From Octopus vulgaris (lineage: Eukaryota): a stretch of DNA of 64,000 bases. Shown one piece after another: positions 37,811 to 50,317 of this stretch. The stretch is taken from contig OX597815.1 in the NCBI GenBank assembly GCA_951406725.2, positions 120,218,001-120,282,000 of the forward strand, written 5' to 3'. A program made the translations under genes and the position numbers. Below the pieces are notes generated by a model. It was given only the letters and a program-made list of their open reading frames with translations. It was not told where the DNA came from and ran no database searches. Positions within the stretch are counted from its first letter, which is position 1; each line of letters begins with the position of its first letter.

Positions 37811-38772
37811 TGTATATATTTATATATTATTTAAAATGGCTTGATTCGGTTTCATGCTACTTACTTCAAGTTATGGAGGGCCTTTATGGGAACTGAATCA
37901 AACTGTTTTAAATAATACATACAAATTCTCCTAAATGTGTTGAGTGCTTCTTTTCTTTCATTTGCCCACTCATTTGTATACATACATACATACATATATA
38001 AATATGTACACATACATACACATATGAATATGTACTCATACATACATACATAAATATGTACACATACATATATAAATATAAATATAAATATAAATATAAA
38101 TATATAAATATGTACACATACATATGTATATGTATATATGTGTGTACACATATATATGTTTGTGTATATGTATGTATGTGTTATGTGCCACATAAAAAGC
38201 ACCACTCACTCACATCGCCTGTTCTTGTGCCACATAAAAAGCACTAAGTCCACTCCGCTGAGTGGTTGGAGTTAGGAAAAGCATCCAGCTCTAAAAATCC
38301 AACCATAACAGTCACAGAATTCTGATGCAGGCTTCAACTTGGTCGGCTCTTGTGGTACCGTCCCACCCATGCTAGCGTGGAACACGGACATTAAATGATG
38401 ATGACAATGATATATGTTTACACACACACACACACACACACATAAACATACAGAAACACACACACATATTTATGCACACATTTATAATGATGTTTGCTGC
38501 AAGAAATGTCATGTCATATCTATTGATTATAGCTATCTATGATAGCCTTTAATCTGTCATTGTGCAGATCATTTGCAATTGCTTTGTAGGTGTGACAGCT
38601 TAAATGCTTGATAATGATTAATATTGAGCCAGGTGTTGTTTTTTTAATTTGACCAGTTATACTAGTATACTGTTTATATTTATTTTACTAATTAAAAGAA
38701 TGTATGTAATTTTAACTTGATCTCAGTAGTAATGAGACTTAAATGAATACATTATTGAAAAACTATCATTTA

Positions 38773-38943
38773 GGCGTAGGAGTGGCTGTGCGGTAAGTAG
38801 CTTGCTTATGAACTACATGGTTCCAGGTTCAGTCCCACTGCATGAAACCTTGGGCAAGTGTCTTCTACTATAGCCTCAAGCTGAGCAAAGCCTTGTGAGT
38901 GGATTTGGTAGGCAGAAACTGAAAGAAGCTTGTCGTATATATG

Positions 38944-38978
<35 letters not shown>

Positions 38979-39189
38979 ATATATGCTTGTGTGTCTGTTT
39001 GTTCCCCCCCCAACATCGCTTGACAACTGATGGCGGTGTGTTTACATCCCTGTAACTTAGTAGTTCGACAAAAGAGAGCGATAGAATAAGTACTAGGCTT
39101 ATGAAGAATAAGTCCTGGGGTCAATCTGCACGACTAAATGCGGTGCTCCAGCATGGCTGCAGTTAAATGACTGAAACAAATAAAAGAGT
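38773..39189 (+). mobile_element. SINE group A, full length
   Basis: GGCGTAGGAGTGGCTGTGCGGTAAG head through TGACTGAAACAAATAAAAGAG tail. Confidence 0.9.
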
Positions 39190-39270
39190 ATATATATATA
39201 TATTCACTAGCATGGAAAACGGACGTTAAACGATGATGATGATGATGATGATGATGATTTAAATATACAT

Positions 39271-39961
39271 AGACCCAGGAAAACCTGGGTCGAGGTGGTG
39301 AAGCACGACCTTCGAACTCTAGGTCTCACCAAGGAAATGACCAGAGACCGAGACCTATGGAAGTATGCTGTGCGTCAGAAGACCCGGCAAGACCAGTGAG
39401 AACAATCAAAATCAAATCATATATCAGAAAGCAGGGGTTAAGTGACCCATCTGTTCGTGTCCACTGTCAGCCTCGTCTGGCACCCGTGTCGGTGATACGT
39501 AAAAGCACCATTCGCTCGTGGCCGTTTGCCAGCTCTGTCTGGCCCCCGTGTCGGTGGCACGTAAAAGCACCATCCGTTCGTGTTCGTTGCCAGCCTCGCC
39601 TGGCCCCGTGCCGGTGACACGTAAAAGCACCGTCCGTTCATGGCCGTTTGCCAGCTCTGTCTGGCCCCGTGTCGGTGGCACATAAAAGCACCGTCCGTTC
39701 GTGTCCATTGCCAGCATTGCCTGGCCCCGTGCCGGTGACACGTAAAAACACCATCCGTTCGTGGCCGTTCGCCAGCTCTGTCTGGCACCTGTGCAGGTGG
39801 CACGTAAAAAACACCCACTACACTCGCGGAGTGGTTGGCGTTAGGAAGGGCATCCAGCCGTAGAAACACTGCCAAATCTGACTGGGCCTGATGAAGCCTT
39901 CCGGCTTCACAGACCCCAGTTAAACTGTCCAACCCATGCTAGCATGGAAAGTGGACGCTAA

Positions 39962-39997
<36 letters not shown>
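39271..39997 (+). mobile_element. 5'-truncated RTE LINE: ORF C-terminus, 3' UTR with tandem array, (GAT)n tail
   Basis: 39271 onward reads RPRKTWVEVVKHDLRTLGLTKEMTRDRDLWKYAVRQKTRQDQ*, the RTE RP..TW...V..D..DR..W signature. Confidence 0.85.
39449..39815 (+). repeat. Six 60-63 bp tandem units alternating between two subtypes
   Basis: Units start at 39449, 39510, 39572, 39632, 39693 and 39753. Each ends in TAAAA(G/A)CACC. Confidence 0.95.
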
Positions 39998-40141
39998 TGT
40001 GTGTGTCTTTGCTTGTCCTCCCACACTACTTGACATCTAGTGTTGGTCTGTTTATGTGCCCATAACCTTGTGGGACTGGCAAAACAGACCAACAAAATAA
40101 ATACCAGACTTAAAAAATAAGTACTGGGTTTAATTAATTTA

Positions 40142-40414
<273 letters not shown>

Positions 40415-41634
40415 TTAGTCTTTTTGAATGGTAGTGATCTATACATGCATATTAGTTGATTTGATTGTTGAATATAGTTTCACCATTTTGTCACATGAGG
40501 TTTTTGGCCAATCAGAGACAGCATCCTGTAAGTCACCTTTACTTATACAAAAGTAAAACTCTTTTCCACCTCTTCTGTTTTCGGTGACTACAGGTGAGCT
40601 GTATTATTTCACTCTTTCTTGGTAGCTTTTATCTGGCAATTTGTTTATTTTGATAGAATAGGCCATCTTAAACTGAACAATAATCATTTACCAATTGCTA
40701 AATTCCTACAGTTTAAATACATGTTTATTATTTGATTTTACACCATTACCAATGACCATTTATTTACTTGCCTACATTTGATGCTACAAACCAGAAAATA
40801 TGATCACTTCTATACTTTTCATTAAATTTGTAGAACACAATTATGTACCTATATTCTCACAAATACATTTACGAAAGTTTATTTTGATTGATGTAAATTT
40901 AGATCTTTTATAATCTATGCTGAATTCTGTTATATTTTAAACATGTAGTCACTTATATTTATTACTGAACTATTTTACAAAGAAAATTGTAGGTAAGACA
41001 AGAACTGAGAGAAAGAGGAAGTGGAAGAAGGAGGAAGTGGAGGGAGGAGGAGGGAATATTTTTAGAGAAGAAAAAGAAAAAAGGGGTTATAAGAAAAGAG
41101 AACACTGCTTCACTGTAAGATCATACTTAAAGGTGTTTTGGGGTTTTCAAGTCAGCTAGTATGTACATATCCATGTGAAGGCATCTTGTGAAGAGTTCAT
41201 TTTTTAGAGTTCAAGCTAACGTTAGCAACGAGATTTCTTTTGGAATTTGTGCTCTCTTGCAGACAAAAACAGGACTTTTTGGTCCCGTTTCACTCTTCAT
41301 CTAATTAGAGTCCAACACACACGATGTTGTACTAAGTACATAAAAGTATCACAACTAGCATTAAACATTGATCTCTGTACATTACTATATGTATTGCATC
41401 TAGTCAAAAATCATACTCATTTGGTCACCCACACCAGTCTAGAATAATAGAATAATAGAATTAATAGCATTTATTTCACAGAAGCAATCATAATACCAAT
41501 AGTAAGATGTATTTACATTTAAAACGTTTTTTTATTTCATTTTATAGTCATTTGACTAAACGTATCTTTAGCTTTTATAATCTGGCAGAACAAGTTATTT
41601 TACATGTGATTTGTTTTTCAAAAAGGTTGAATAT

Positions 41635-41782
41635 AGGTGCAAACATGGCTGCAGGCACTTTGTTTCCAGTTCGGACCCATGTGTGAAACATTGGGCAAGT
41701 ATCTTCTACTGTAGTTCCGAACCGACCAGTGACCTATGAATTTGGTAGAGAGAAACTATGGAAAGTTGTCGTGTGTGTGTAA

Positions 41783-41818
<36 letters not shown>

Positions 41819-41835
41819 TTACACACACACGACAA

Positions 41836-41887
<52 letters not shown>

Positions 41888-42112
41888 GTGAGTGAGTGTG
41901 TGTGTCTTTGTGTTTGAGATTGTTCTCCTTCCACCAATTGACAATCGGTGTTGATTTGTTTAGGTTCCGGTAACTTAGCAGTTCGCCAAAAGTAGCCGAG
42001 AGAATAAGTACCAACATTTAAAAAAAAATAAAAAATAGTGCTGGAGATGATTTGTTCGACTGAACATTTCAAATTCATGGCCGCATTCCAATGACTAAAA
42101 CAAGTGAAAAGA
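41635..42112 (+). mobile_element. Diverged SINE group A
   Basis: TTGGGCAAGT core, internal (TA)n, GTAACTTAGCAGTTCG..AGAATAAGTAC tail. Confidence 0.7.
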
Positions 42113-42270
42113 AAAAACGAGAAAGAAAGAAAATAGACTGTATTAAAGAAGAGTTAGAATCTTACGTTTGATACTGAAGTGGTGATTCAAACTAAATTGG
42201 CTATCTAATGCCAATAACAGAATTTAAAGAATCTTTAGAAAAGTTAAATAGTATCAATAAATGCACTTAC

Positions 42271-42464
42271 AAACTGTTACTTGGTTATCAACTGCGGATG
42301 TGCAGCTTATCATTACATCTTGTTTATGAGTGCAATCGTGGGTACCAAGGGGACTGTATTGACAATCGAAAATAGTCTTTTCGTTCCCAACACATCGGAC
42401 ATCATCCATCCAGATATTACCTTTGCCGACTTCGTAACTTTCAGCAGGAAGAACTTTCCCAGAT
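42271..42464 (-). CDS. SRCR-ZP gene exon: second half of SRCR1
   Basis: Poly-T then aAG acceptor, T|GTAAGT donor. [21 protein letters not shown]...[12 protein letters not shown]. Confidence 0.93.
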
Positions 42465-42523
42465 CTTCCAAAAAAAAAAAAAAATTCCAATTACGCATGT
42501 GTATTCATATATACGTACATTAC

Positions 42524-42605
42524 GTATGTATGTATGTATGTATGTATGTATGTATGTATGTATGTATGTATGTATGTATGTATGTATGTATGTATGTATG
42601 TATGT
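42524..42605. repeat. (GTAT)n microsatellite
   Basis: Read directly. Confidence 0.95.
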
Positions 42606-43077
42606 GAAAAAGAAGAACGAAAATGTTACTTTTTTAAAATTAGGTACATTTAAATTTCTTTATATAAATACATTAAAAAATGTTTTTGTTTCACATGCTT
42701 CAGTTTTTGAAACATCTTATCAAAAATATGTACTTAAATGAAATATGTAGAGGAAAAAATTATTAATAAATGTGGATCAACATGGTTAAATGATCAAATG
42801 TTCACAAAATTGAATGATATAAAAAATGATCGGCGAATAATTTAAAAACTATGGATCACCAACAGTTCAGTCATATTAGAGACAGAGAGAGAAAAAAATA
42901 AGAAAAGAAGGGAGTAAAGAAAATGGGGTTTGTTCCAGTTTCTGTTATCTTGCATGTGATTTTTTTTCCCGTTGCGTGCAGGGTTTTTCGCTTATGATTG
43001 TTGAAATGAGTTGGATATGTATGTAGATAAATTTATTAAGAACAATTACGAGTTTTTTCAAATTCAGATGCAATATA

Positions 43078-43110
<33 letters not shown>

Positions 43111-43217
43111 ATTTGTATGTATGTATGTATGTATATATATATATATATATAAAAGAAGGAAAATACACACACTTTGCATAGTTTTAATATATTTTTAAAT
43201 ATATTTTATATTGTGTT

Positions 43218-43250
43218 TGTCGACCGGTTTCGCTTTCGCTAATCATGACA
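43218..43250 (-). ncRNA. Minimal type I hammerhead ribozyme motif, A3:U8 core variant
   Basis: Minus strand reads TGTC-ATGATTA-GC GAAA GC-GAAA-C CG G-TC-GACA. Confidence 0.65.
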
Positions 43251-44277
43251 TTGAAATTATTGTAATTTCGTATTTTCTTAAGAAGATTTTAGTCCATGTT
43301 GTATGTAGAGAAGTGTGTGACTGAATGATTCAACAATTAAAAAAAATTATAAGGGGAGGTAATTGATGATCGTTATTATTGGGGAGAGGGGAAGTAATTG
43401 CTCATCTTTCGGGAAGGGGATAATTAAATATATGCAAAGACTCAAAAGCTAAAGTAGTGAGATGAAATACGTACACTGATGGCTATGTGATCATGAATTA
43501 AAATATATACTGAGATCAAAGTTGGTTATGCATTTATAAAAATAAGAACGTGATCCTATTCTTAATAATATATTTTACTGACTATATTTTACATGCAGCG
43601 GCAATACACATAAGTTTGGAATGACAACAAGATTTCTTTTTAAGATATATACATTATTTATTTTACATATTTTACAATCATGTTTGATGTTGGAAGTTTG
43701 TAAGTGTTCGCATGTTTTTGTGTCTGTGTGTTCGTTAGGCGTAAAAAGGTACTGACCAGTGAATTGACGATGGGATTTGATTCACAGTTAATGTTGTTGG
43801 TATCGGCTTGGCAACAGGTAATAACAGATGGCTTAAGGTAGTTCTTAGAAGAAACTAGAACCCAAGAACAGATAATTGATTTACCGTTTATGAGGTACAC
43901 TATAAGAGTCCCATATCAAGATATTGCATGTCGCAGTTGAGATTAATTGAATCACTCGTTGTGTTTATCTTTCTCTTGATATGAATATACTTCCAGACAT
44001 GTTACTGTAGCCGTTTTCTTCGTGGCGAGAATTTCACCTAACCGCTATAGTTGAATCTGTAGTTGTCTCGTGTACAATTTAAATCTTCGATGTTTGTCGA
44101 TTGGTTCTTGCTGCTTCTTCATTATATGTTCTGCTTGGTTATGTTTCTCTAGTTATAGATATCTTGTAACCGTTTTCTTCATGGTGATTTTTCACACTAA
44201 CAGTATGAGAGGTATCTGTAACATCTTGTATTAATGGTGGTCGCCTGCCTCGAAACTGGAACTTGGTCGAGTATTCT

Positions 44278-44428
44278 CTGTGTGGTCAGAGACTTAGTTC
44301 TTAAAAGAACTAAAAGCCTAAGACGAGCTGTGTGGTCAGAGGTTTAGCCCTGAGAAGGACTGGAAACCTAAGACGAGCTCTGTGTGGTCAGAGGTTCGCC
44401 CTGAGAAGGACTGGAAACCTAAGACGAA
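44278..44428. repeat. Three 50-52 bp tandem repeats in the Penelope-like element 3' region
   Basis: CTGTGTGGTCAGAG...CCTAAGACGA occurs three times. Confidence 0.9.
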
Positions 44429-44710
44429 TATTCTTCTGAGAAACCTTATTTATAGGCTTTACATGGCTCCCAATGAACTTCCGAAATGGAAAGCTGTGAT
44501 TGGCTGCTTGGAACTATGGCGCGAAAATAAGTCGAGACATTTTGCGCCAAGTTATAACCAGCGGTGCGAGCGTAGTAGAGACCAACGTGTCAGCCAATCG
44601 AATTAGTGTTTACATCAATGTTGAACTAGCCAAAGCTGTTTGTAATCTCGACCGAGGTCATTCTATATACTCTTCTCAAACAGTGAAGATAGCACTGAGA
44701 GACGATATTG

Positions 44711-46900
44711 CTACACATTCATATTTAGACGTGTTCTGTATTTTTCGATGAACAAATTTTCTTTATTTAAACGTTCTTGTATAGAAATTGTTTCTTTAAA
44801 CTGGTAGATGGGGAAAACTGTGAAGTTTATTTGGATATTACCTGCACATCTCTTTATGTGTTCACTCAAAGGAATCTATCTGTATTGCGGGGACCAGATC
44901 TGTTCCTTATGCAATGTGGTTCTCCGTCTCAGTGTCATATTTACTTGTCCGATATAGTTATGGCAACAACATGAGCAAGTTATAATATAAATTAGATTCT
45001 CGGAAGCACAAGTGAAGTTGGTTTTAATTGTGAACTTCTTTCTTTGTTTGAATAGGAATTCCGAACCTTCCAGTGGGCTGGGACATGTTCCACAGTTTGG
45101 GCATCCTCATTTTCTAACCGTTGGTTACGTGGTTGTTGTGTAAAGCTCTGCATTTGCTAGAAGTCTTTTCATCGATTTGTGTTGCTTTCTACATTTGATG
45201 AATTTATGTGTTTTCAGAATGTTGTTAATTTTTTAATCTATAATGAGCATAGGTAGATTTTGTACAATAGTGTTGTATGCTTCATTGTATCTAGGGTTGT
45301 GAGTTGACATATACCCTAGTGTTTTGAGATGAGGTGTGGTGTTACGTTTTGTGTTTTAATGTCTAATTGTTTAGCACACTTAATTCCGTCTTTTATAAGT
45401 GAAGGTGGATATTGTCTTTCAGTTAGTGTTGTTCTGAGGTCTTGAAGACGAAAGTCCTGAGTATTTCTATTAGACATTATTGTGCAATTCCTTTTTGCTA
45501 AACTAAAGGGGATATTTCTTTTGATGTGTTTCGGGTGGCATGAGCTAAAAAGGAGATATTGTTTCGGGTCCGTTGGTTTATGATAAACGTCAGTTATAAT
45601 TTGGTTGTTGACTTTTTTTTTATCATAATATCCAAGAAAGGGAGCTGTTTTTTTTACTATATTCCATTGTAAATTGAATGTTAGGGTTTACGTTATTTAG
45701 TATTGATTTAAAATTCCAAATGTTTATGGTCTCCTTCCAAATGATAAAGCAGTCATCCAGGTATCTTTTCCAGTTCTCTCTTATATAATAGCGAAATGGA
45801 TATCCATACTTTTGCAGTGATACTTCATATATGGTGAATTCAAAATATCCCATTATTAGGTTCACAAGAACAGGGGCTGCTTTCGTTCCCATCGAGATTT
45901 CGCATTTTTAACGATAGTAAGTGTCATCAAATAGGAAATAATTGTTCTGAAGTATAAATTTTAAAGTTTCAATAATAAAAACCTGGTTTATGCGTTCTTG
46001 AAGTACTTCGGGATACTTTTCTAACCAGAATTTTATTGCTTCTATTCCATAGTCATGTGGGATGTTGGTTTAAAGATTAATAACATCTAAGGAAACAATT
46101 AGTTGTTTTTGTTAGGTGCTCAAGCTCTAATGAAACATTTGATGTATTTCAGCAAAGGTTTCAGTAGGATGTCAAGAAAATTGCTTTGGCGGTGGGTTTC
46201 ACAGGCTGGGCTAGCTATAACGGGTCTTAATTTTAAGTCTTCTGGTGCTTAGATATTTATGTATTTACCTGGTGATCGTTTGCAGGCTTCATTAACTATC
46301 TTGCTCTCGTGTATTTTAGGTAGGCCAAAACATGACTAGGTTTAAATTTAAAGTTCGTGATATCATCATTTTCTTTTTCTGTAGGGCCTTTTCCATATAA
46401 GAGTATTAAGGATGCAAACTTTTTCATTGTTTTTTGTTGTTTATAGTTTACAACTTTTTCGTAGAAGGTATCGTTTTCTAGCATGGATAATACTAGGTTT
46501 TTGTGGTATTCTGTGTCAATCAGGACTACAGCACTTCCTTTGTTGCATATTTAGTTGCCAGTTCTTTGTCATTTGGTAATTCAATTATATTTTTCCATTT
46601 TAGCTTGTTGAGGTTTAAATCAATCTTTCGCTTATGGAAAGTATTTGGAAAATTTTGAATGTGGTCGCAAAAGTCATCTAGTGTTTTATTCCTACCTTTA
46701 GGTGGAAGATAATTACTTCTGTTTTTAACCAGTGATTCATCCTCGTTGTTATAGTCAGTTAGTGCTTCTGTGAGTCGTAGTTTTCCGCAGAATTTCGGAA
46801 TATTGTCTTTAATATCACTGTGGTTAGATCATCGTGGGGTTGGGGTAAATTTTAATCCTTTAGCTAGTATACTGATTTTTGTTGCAGAGAGAATTTATTA
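44711..46900 (-). mobile_element. Penelope-like element (Neptune-type) RT plus GIY-YIG endonuclease, decayed
   Basis: LAKGLKFTPTP (about 46850), MGTKAAP..WKRYLDD RT core (45740-45890), CPNCGTCP linker, FTCASENLIYIITCSCCCHNYIGQ GIY-YIG motif (about 44945-45015). Contains stops and frameshifts. Confidence 0.9.
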
Positions 46901-47296
46901 TTGAGTTGCAGATCAAAGAGATTAGAAATAAAAATATAAAAGAGGACCTTGCTTTAAAACTAAAATAAAAATTCTTTCTGTCTACATGCGTGTTCTTTTA
47001 TTCTATATTAAATACGCATAGTGTATATAAAATGATTTGACCTTTGTACTCTTTTGATGTAAGATCTTGTGCAAGAAAAAATTTCAAGGATATCTGGCCG
47101 CTAAAAGCGTTTTAAAGTTTTAAAGCGTTAGAAAAAGTTGATCTATTTTCTGAATGGCAAATAATACAAAAAGCACGCACTAGTAGAACATACACACACG
47201 CAGATACCTACATGCTTGCATGCATGCATACATACATATTTAAAATAATTAAGAAAAATTATATTAATGTATCTTGTCTGTTGAAGTTCCATATTT

Positions 47297-47385
47297 CGTC
47301 ATCTGAAGAGAGCGCTATATTTAAATTGATGTAATGATTGCATTGTTCAATTAAAAGGAGCGACTTGAAATGGTCGTACTGCGTT
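47297..47385 (+). ncRNA. Degenerate type I hammerhead-like motif with long stem II
   Basis: CTGAAGA at 47303, a long hairpin (GAG-CGCT/AGCGACTT, AATTGA/TCAATT), GAAA at 47367, then T-GGTC-G-TA. Stem I is weak. Confidence 0.4.
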
Positions 47386-47789
47386 ACTACTTGAAATCCT
47401 GTTACTTATTTTGATTTTATTCACCTTACTTCGAGGAGTGCAGATAACACCGGACTGACTTGGTGCTTCAATTTAGGTACCTAATTCAACTGAATCTTAA
47501 TTACTACATACATACATACATACATACATACATACATACATACATACATACATACAAATAATACTTAGGTACAAATACATGCGCATGAACACATACACAT
47601 ATGCGTGTACACCTACATATACAGTATGACATTATTATTTACTTAATAAATCGTCTGAATGCAGCATCAAGCGTTTTTTAATTCTTTTTTCTTGTTAATA
47701 TTTTACTGGAATAACAGAAATTTTACTGAAAGGAAGTTCATTTGAGAAAGTCAGAGAAAGTAAAATTCTTATGAAACCGTCGCACTTAC

Positions 47790-47934
47790 TTATAGTTGAG
47801 TGATTTGCATACAACGTAAGCATTTGTGTTGTCAAAGCCGTCGTCGCATATTGAACCCCAAGAAGATTTGTGAAATATCTCCACTCGGCCTTTGATGGTG
47901 TTTAAACCATTTGTCTCAAATGGAACGATTTTGA
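47790..47934 (-). CDS. SRCR-ZP gene exon: first half of SRCR1
   Basis: ctgcAG acceptor, AA|GTAAGT donor. GRVEIFH..WGSICDDGFD...AYVVCKSL. Confidence 0.93.
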
Positions 47935-49171
47935 CTGCAGTAAAAGATGCGTGAAGATTGGAATTAATCAATAGCTATAACAATGTACAATGTGCATAAG
48001 TTTATTATTGTAGTAGATTGTGGATAGCAAGCACATCCTCACAATTATGATTCTCATTAGACTCTCATATAGCTTCATTAACCTTTAGCGTGATTTCTGA
48101 ATTAAATCTAAGATTTTGCGTATGTTCTTCAACGTATAGAAAACGTTGCTCTTTGTCAAACATTAACAAAAACAATCATCCATTTTATTCCACAACACTA
48201 AACCGCTTTGTTGAGTAGTTGTGTATTCACAGCGCTTTTGTATGTTACAGATTATAAGGAGGATTTGAATTTAATTAGAGAGCTCATGTAATAGAACTGT
48301 TGAAAGCCTTAAGAGATTAGAAATCGCGAAATTTACTTTGTGATAGATAATGTATTCACAATATGGATTATAACCCTCAAAGTTTTAGTATGACGAATAA
48401 ATGTCTCTATATGCATGATACGTTATGTCATATGTTGGGAGGTGTAATGTCTTATTTCATGGTGATGCCAGTTTGAAACTTTCATACTAATAACCCAATT
48501 AACTATTATAAGAAAAAGTAGTTGCATGAATGTGTACATAGCTAAAAGGGAGAATATTAGATCTAATTGCTTCCTAACATTGTTAATTTCTGAGAGGATG
48601 CGTAATATCAACAAAATGATATAACGAAGTTCAAATGCTTAGTTTCCCAACCGAATCAACTACAATAAAATGTCAGTACTAAGGAAGAGTTTAAATTCAG
48701 AATGAAGAGGATATATCTAAATATAATACTTTTTGTTAGATCCTCTGTAGTCTCAACAATGTCTACTATCATTAATGATAATTGTTAGGATTTCTAGCAC
48801 TAGCATAAGACTACACATCTTTGAACGAGATGTAGTCGACTTAATTAACTCAGACAATGAAGCACAAATATCAGCATCAGCAGGTTTCGAAGGCAGACAT
48901 TAATGAAGGTAGCCACACGTTACAAAGTGTTTAATCCATTGCCTTATCGTTTCCTTCATTCCGTTCTCCCTACAACATGGGCAAACGACTAAACATTTTG
49001 GGATGGGGTCTAGTCAAGTAAAATGAAATGAATAAGTGATTAATGCTTATGCCAAGTTACTTGGATGGAATTTAAGTTCAGAAATGAAAGACAATTCCTG
49101 GGTATTTTTTGGTATTCTACTAAATCTACCACAGCCACCTTTACCTATAAGTATGATACTACAATGATAAA

Positions 49172-49436
49172 AAAAAATATGATATAAATGCGCCCTTTTA
49201 AAGCCTAGCCAGGCTCATGGGCCCAGTTTTCCGGTTTCTATGGCGCATCTGTTCCCCAGCTGGACGGGACGCCAGTCCATCGCAGCGTTACTCATTTTTG
49301 CCAGCTGAGTGGACTGGAGCAACGTGAAATGAAGTGTTTTGCTCAAGAACACAACACGTCGCCCGGTCCAGGAATCGAAACCACAATCTTACGATCATGA
49401 TGCTGACACCCTAACCACTAAGCCACGCGCCTCCAC
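49172..49436 (-). mobile_element. Young tRNA-derived SINE (group B head) with 17-bp TSD
   Basis: TSD GATACTACAATGATAAA at 49155-49171 and 49437-49453. A-box TGGCTTAGTGG, B-box GTTTCGATTCC. Confidence 0.92.
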
Positions 49437-49885
49437 GATACTACAATGATAAAGGTAAAATAATTTCGAACGAGAACCATGATATTAAAGAGCAATGTTA
49501 ATTCTAACTAGAGCCTTTCAGATTGAAGGTGAATGTTGCACCATGTTTTTCTTAACGATCTTTCACGAAGGTACAGGGCTGTAAATTTGTGGAAGAGTGA
49601 GAATGTGACTTATCCATACTTGTCTTTAATAGCATTGAAGCGTAATGGAAAATAGATTTACATTTAAAAAAAGCAAAATCTGCTCATATATTCTGTTCAC
49701 CTAATGCGTATCTTTGTATCTATGGCACATGTAGTTACATTATTAAAAAAAAAAGATTATATATCAGAATTAGAGTAGATGTCAGTTTGGTTTTAGCATA
49801 ACACAGTCGGATGCTCAATTCTGGTCAAAGTCAACTTTACCCTTCATTCATCGGAGATTGACAAAATAAAACTTGGTTACGCACG

Positions 49886-49919
<34 letters not shown>

Positions 49920-50317
49920 CTAGCACTATGACCCGGCGTTGCCGGGTCTAGTGCTAGTGCTTGTTCGTTGCCGGGTCGCAGTAAAAATTTCTCACTAAAT
50001 CAAAAGCTAAGTTTCTTATCACATTTCAGCCTGCGCCAGTTTTGTTGTTTATGAGCTAGTTGGAGCTTTTTACGAGAGTAATTAATATTCATTGGACTTC
50101 GGCAATGCCCATATGCCCATAACTTTTGAGCATAAGGGATCGGTTTATTGATTTTTTAATGGCTTTCTAGGGTGACTGGAAATGAAAAGATCTTCGCGAC
50201 CGCCCTCAGACAGTTTTGAAAGCCCATAGAAAATGCGATCCTTTTACGTGAAAAACTGTGGATTTGTATAAAGGACACACAGATACACAGACATTTTGCC
50301 GTTTATAGATATAGAGA
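49920..50317 (-). mobile_element. Complete short non-autonomous Helitron
   Basis: Minus strand A|TCTCTATATC ... ACCCGG-CAACG-CCGGGT hairpin ... CTAG|T. Confidence 0.88.

Noticed and set aside
36864-38247. Multiple YIYI/THTH-rich ORFs
   Set aside because: Translations of microsatellites and SINE bodies. The same applies to similar ORFs at 27-29 kb, 41-43 kb, 58-59 kb and 62-64 kb.
39449-39815. CRISPR-like regularly spaced repeats
   Set aside because: There are no unique spacers and whole units are homologous. The context is a eukaryotic LINE 3' UTR with no cas genes.
39885-39915. CTGATGA followed by a small hairpin (hammerhead-like)
   Set aside because: No GAAA follows the stem, and another copy of this tail reads CTGGTGCAGCC.
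39357-39932. ORFs of 71-164 aa over the array
   Set aside because: By-products of a GC-rich tandem repeat on both strands. No recognisable domain.
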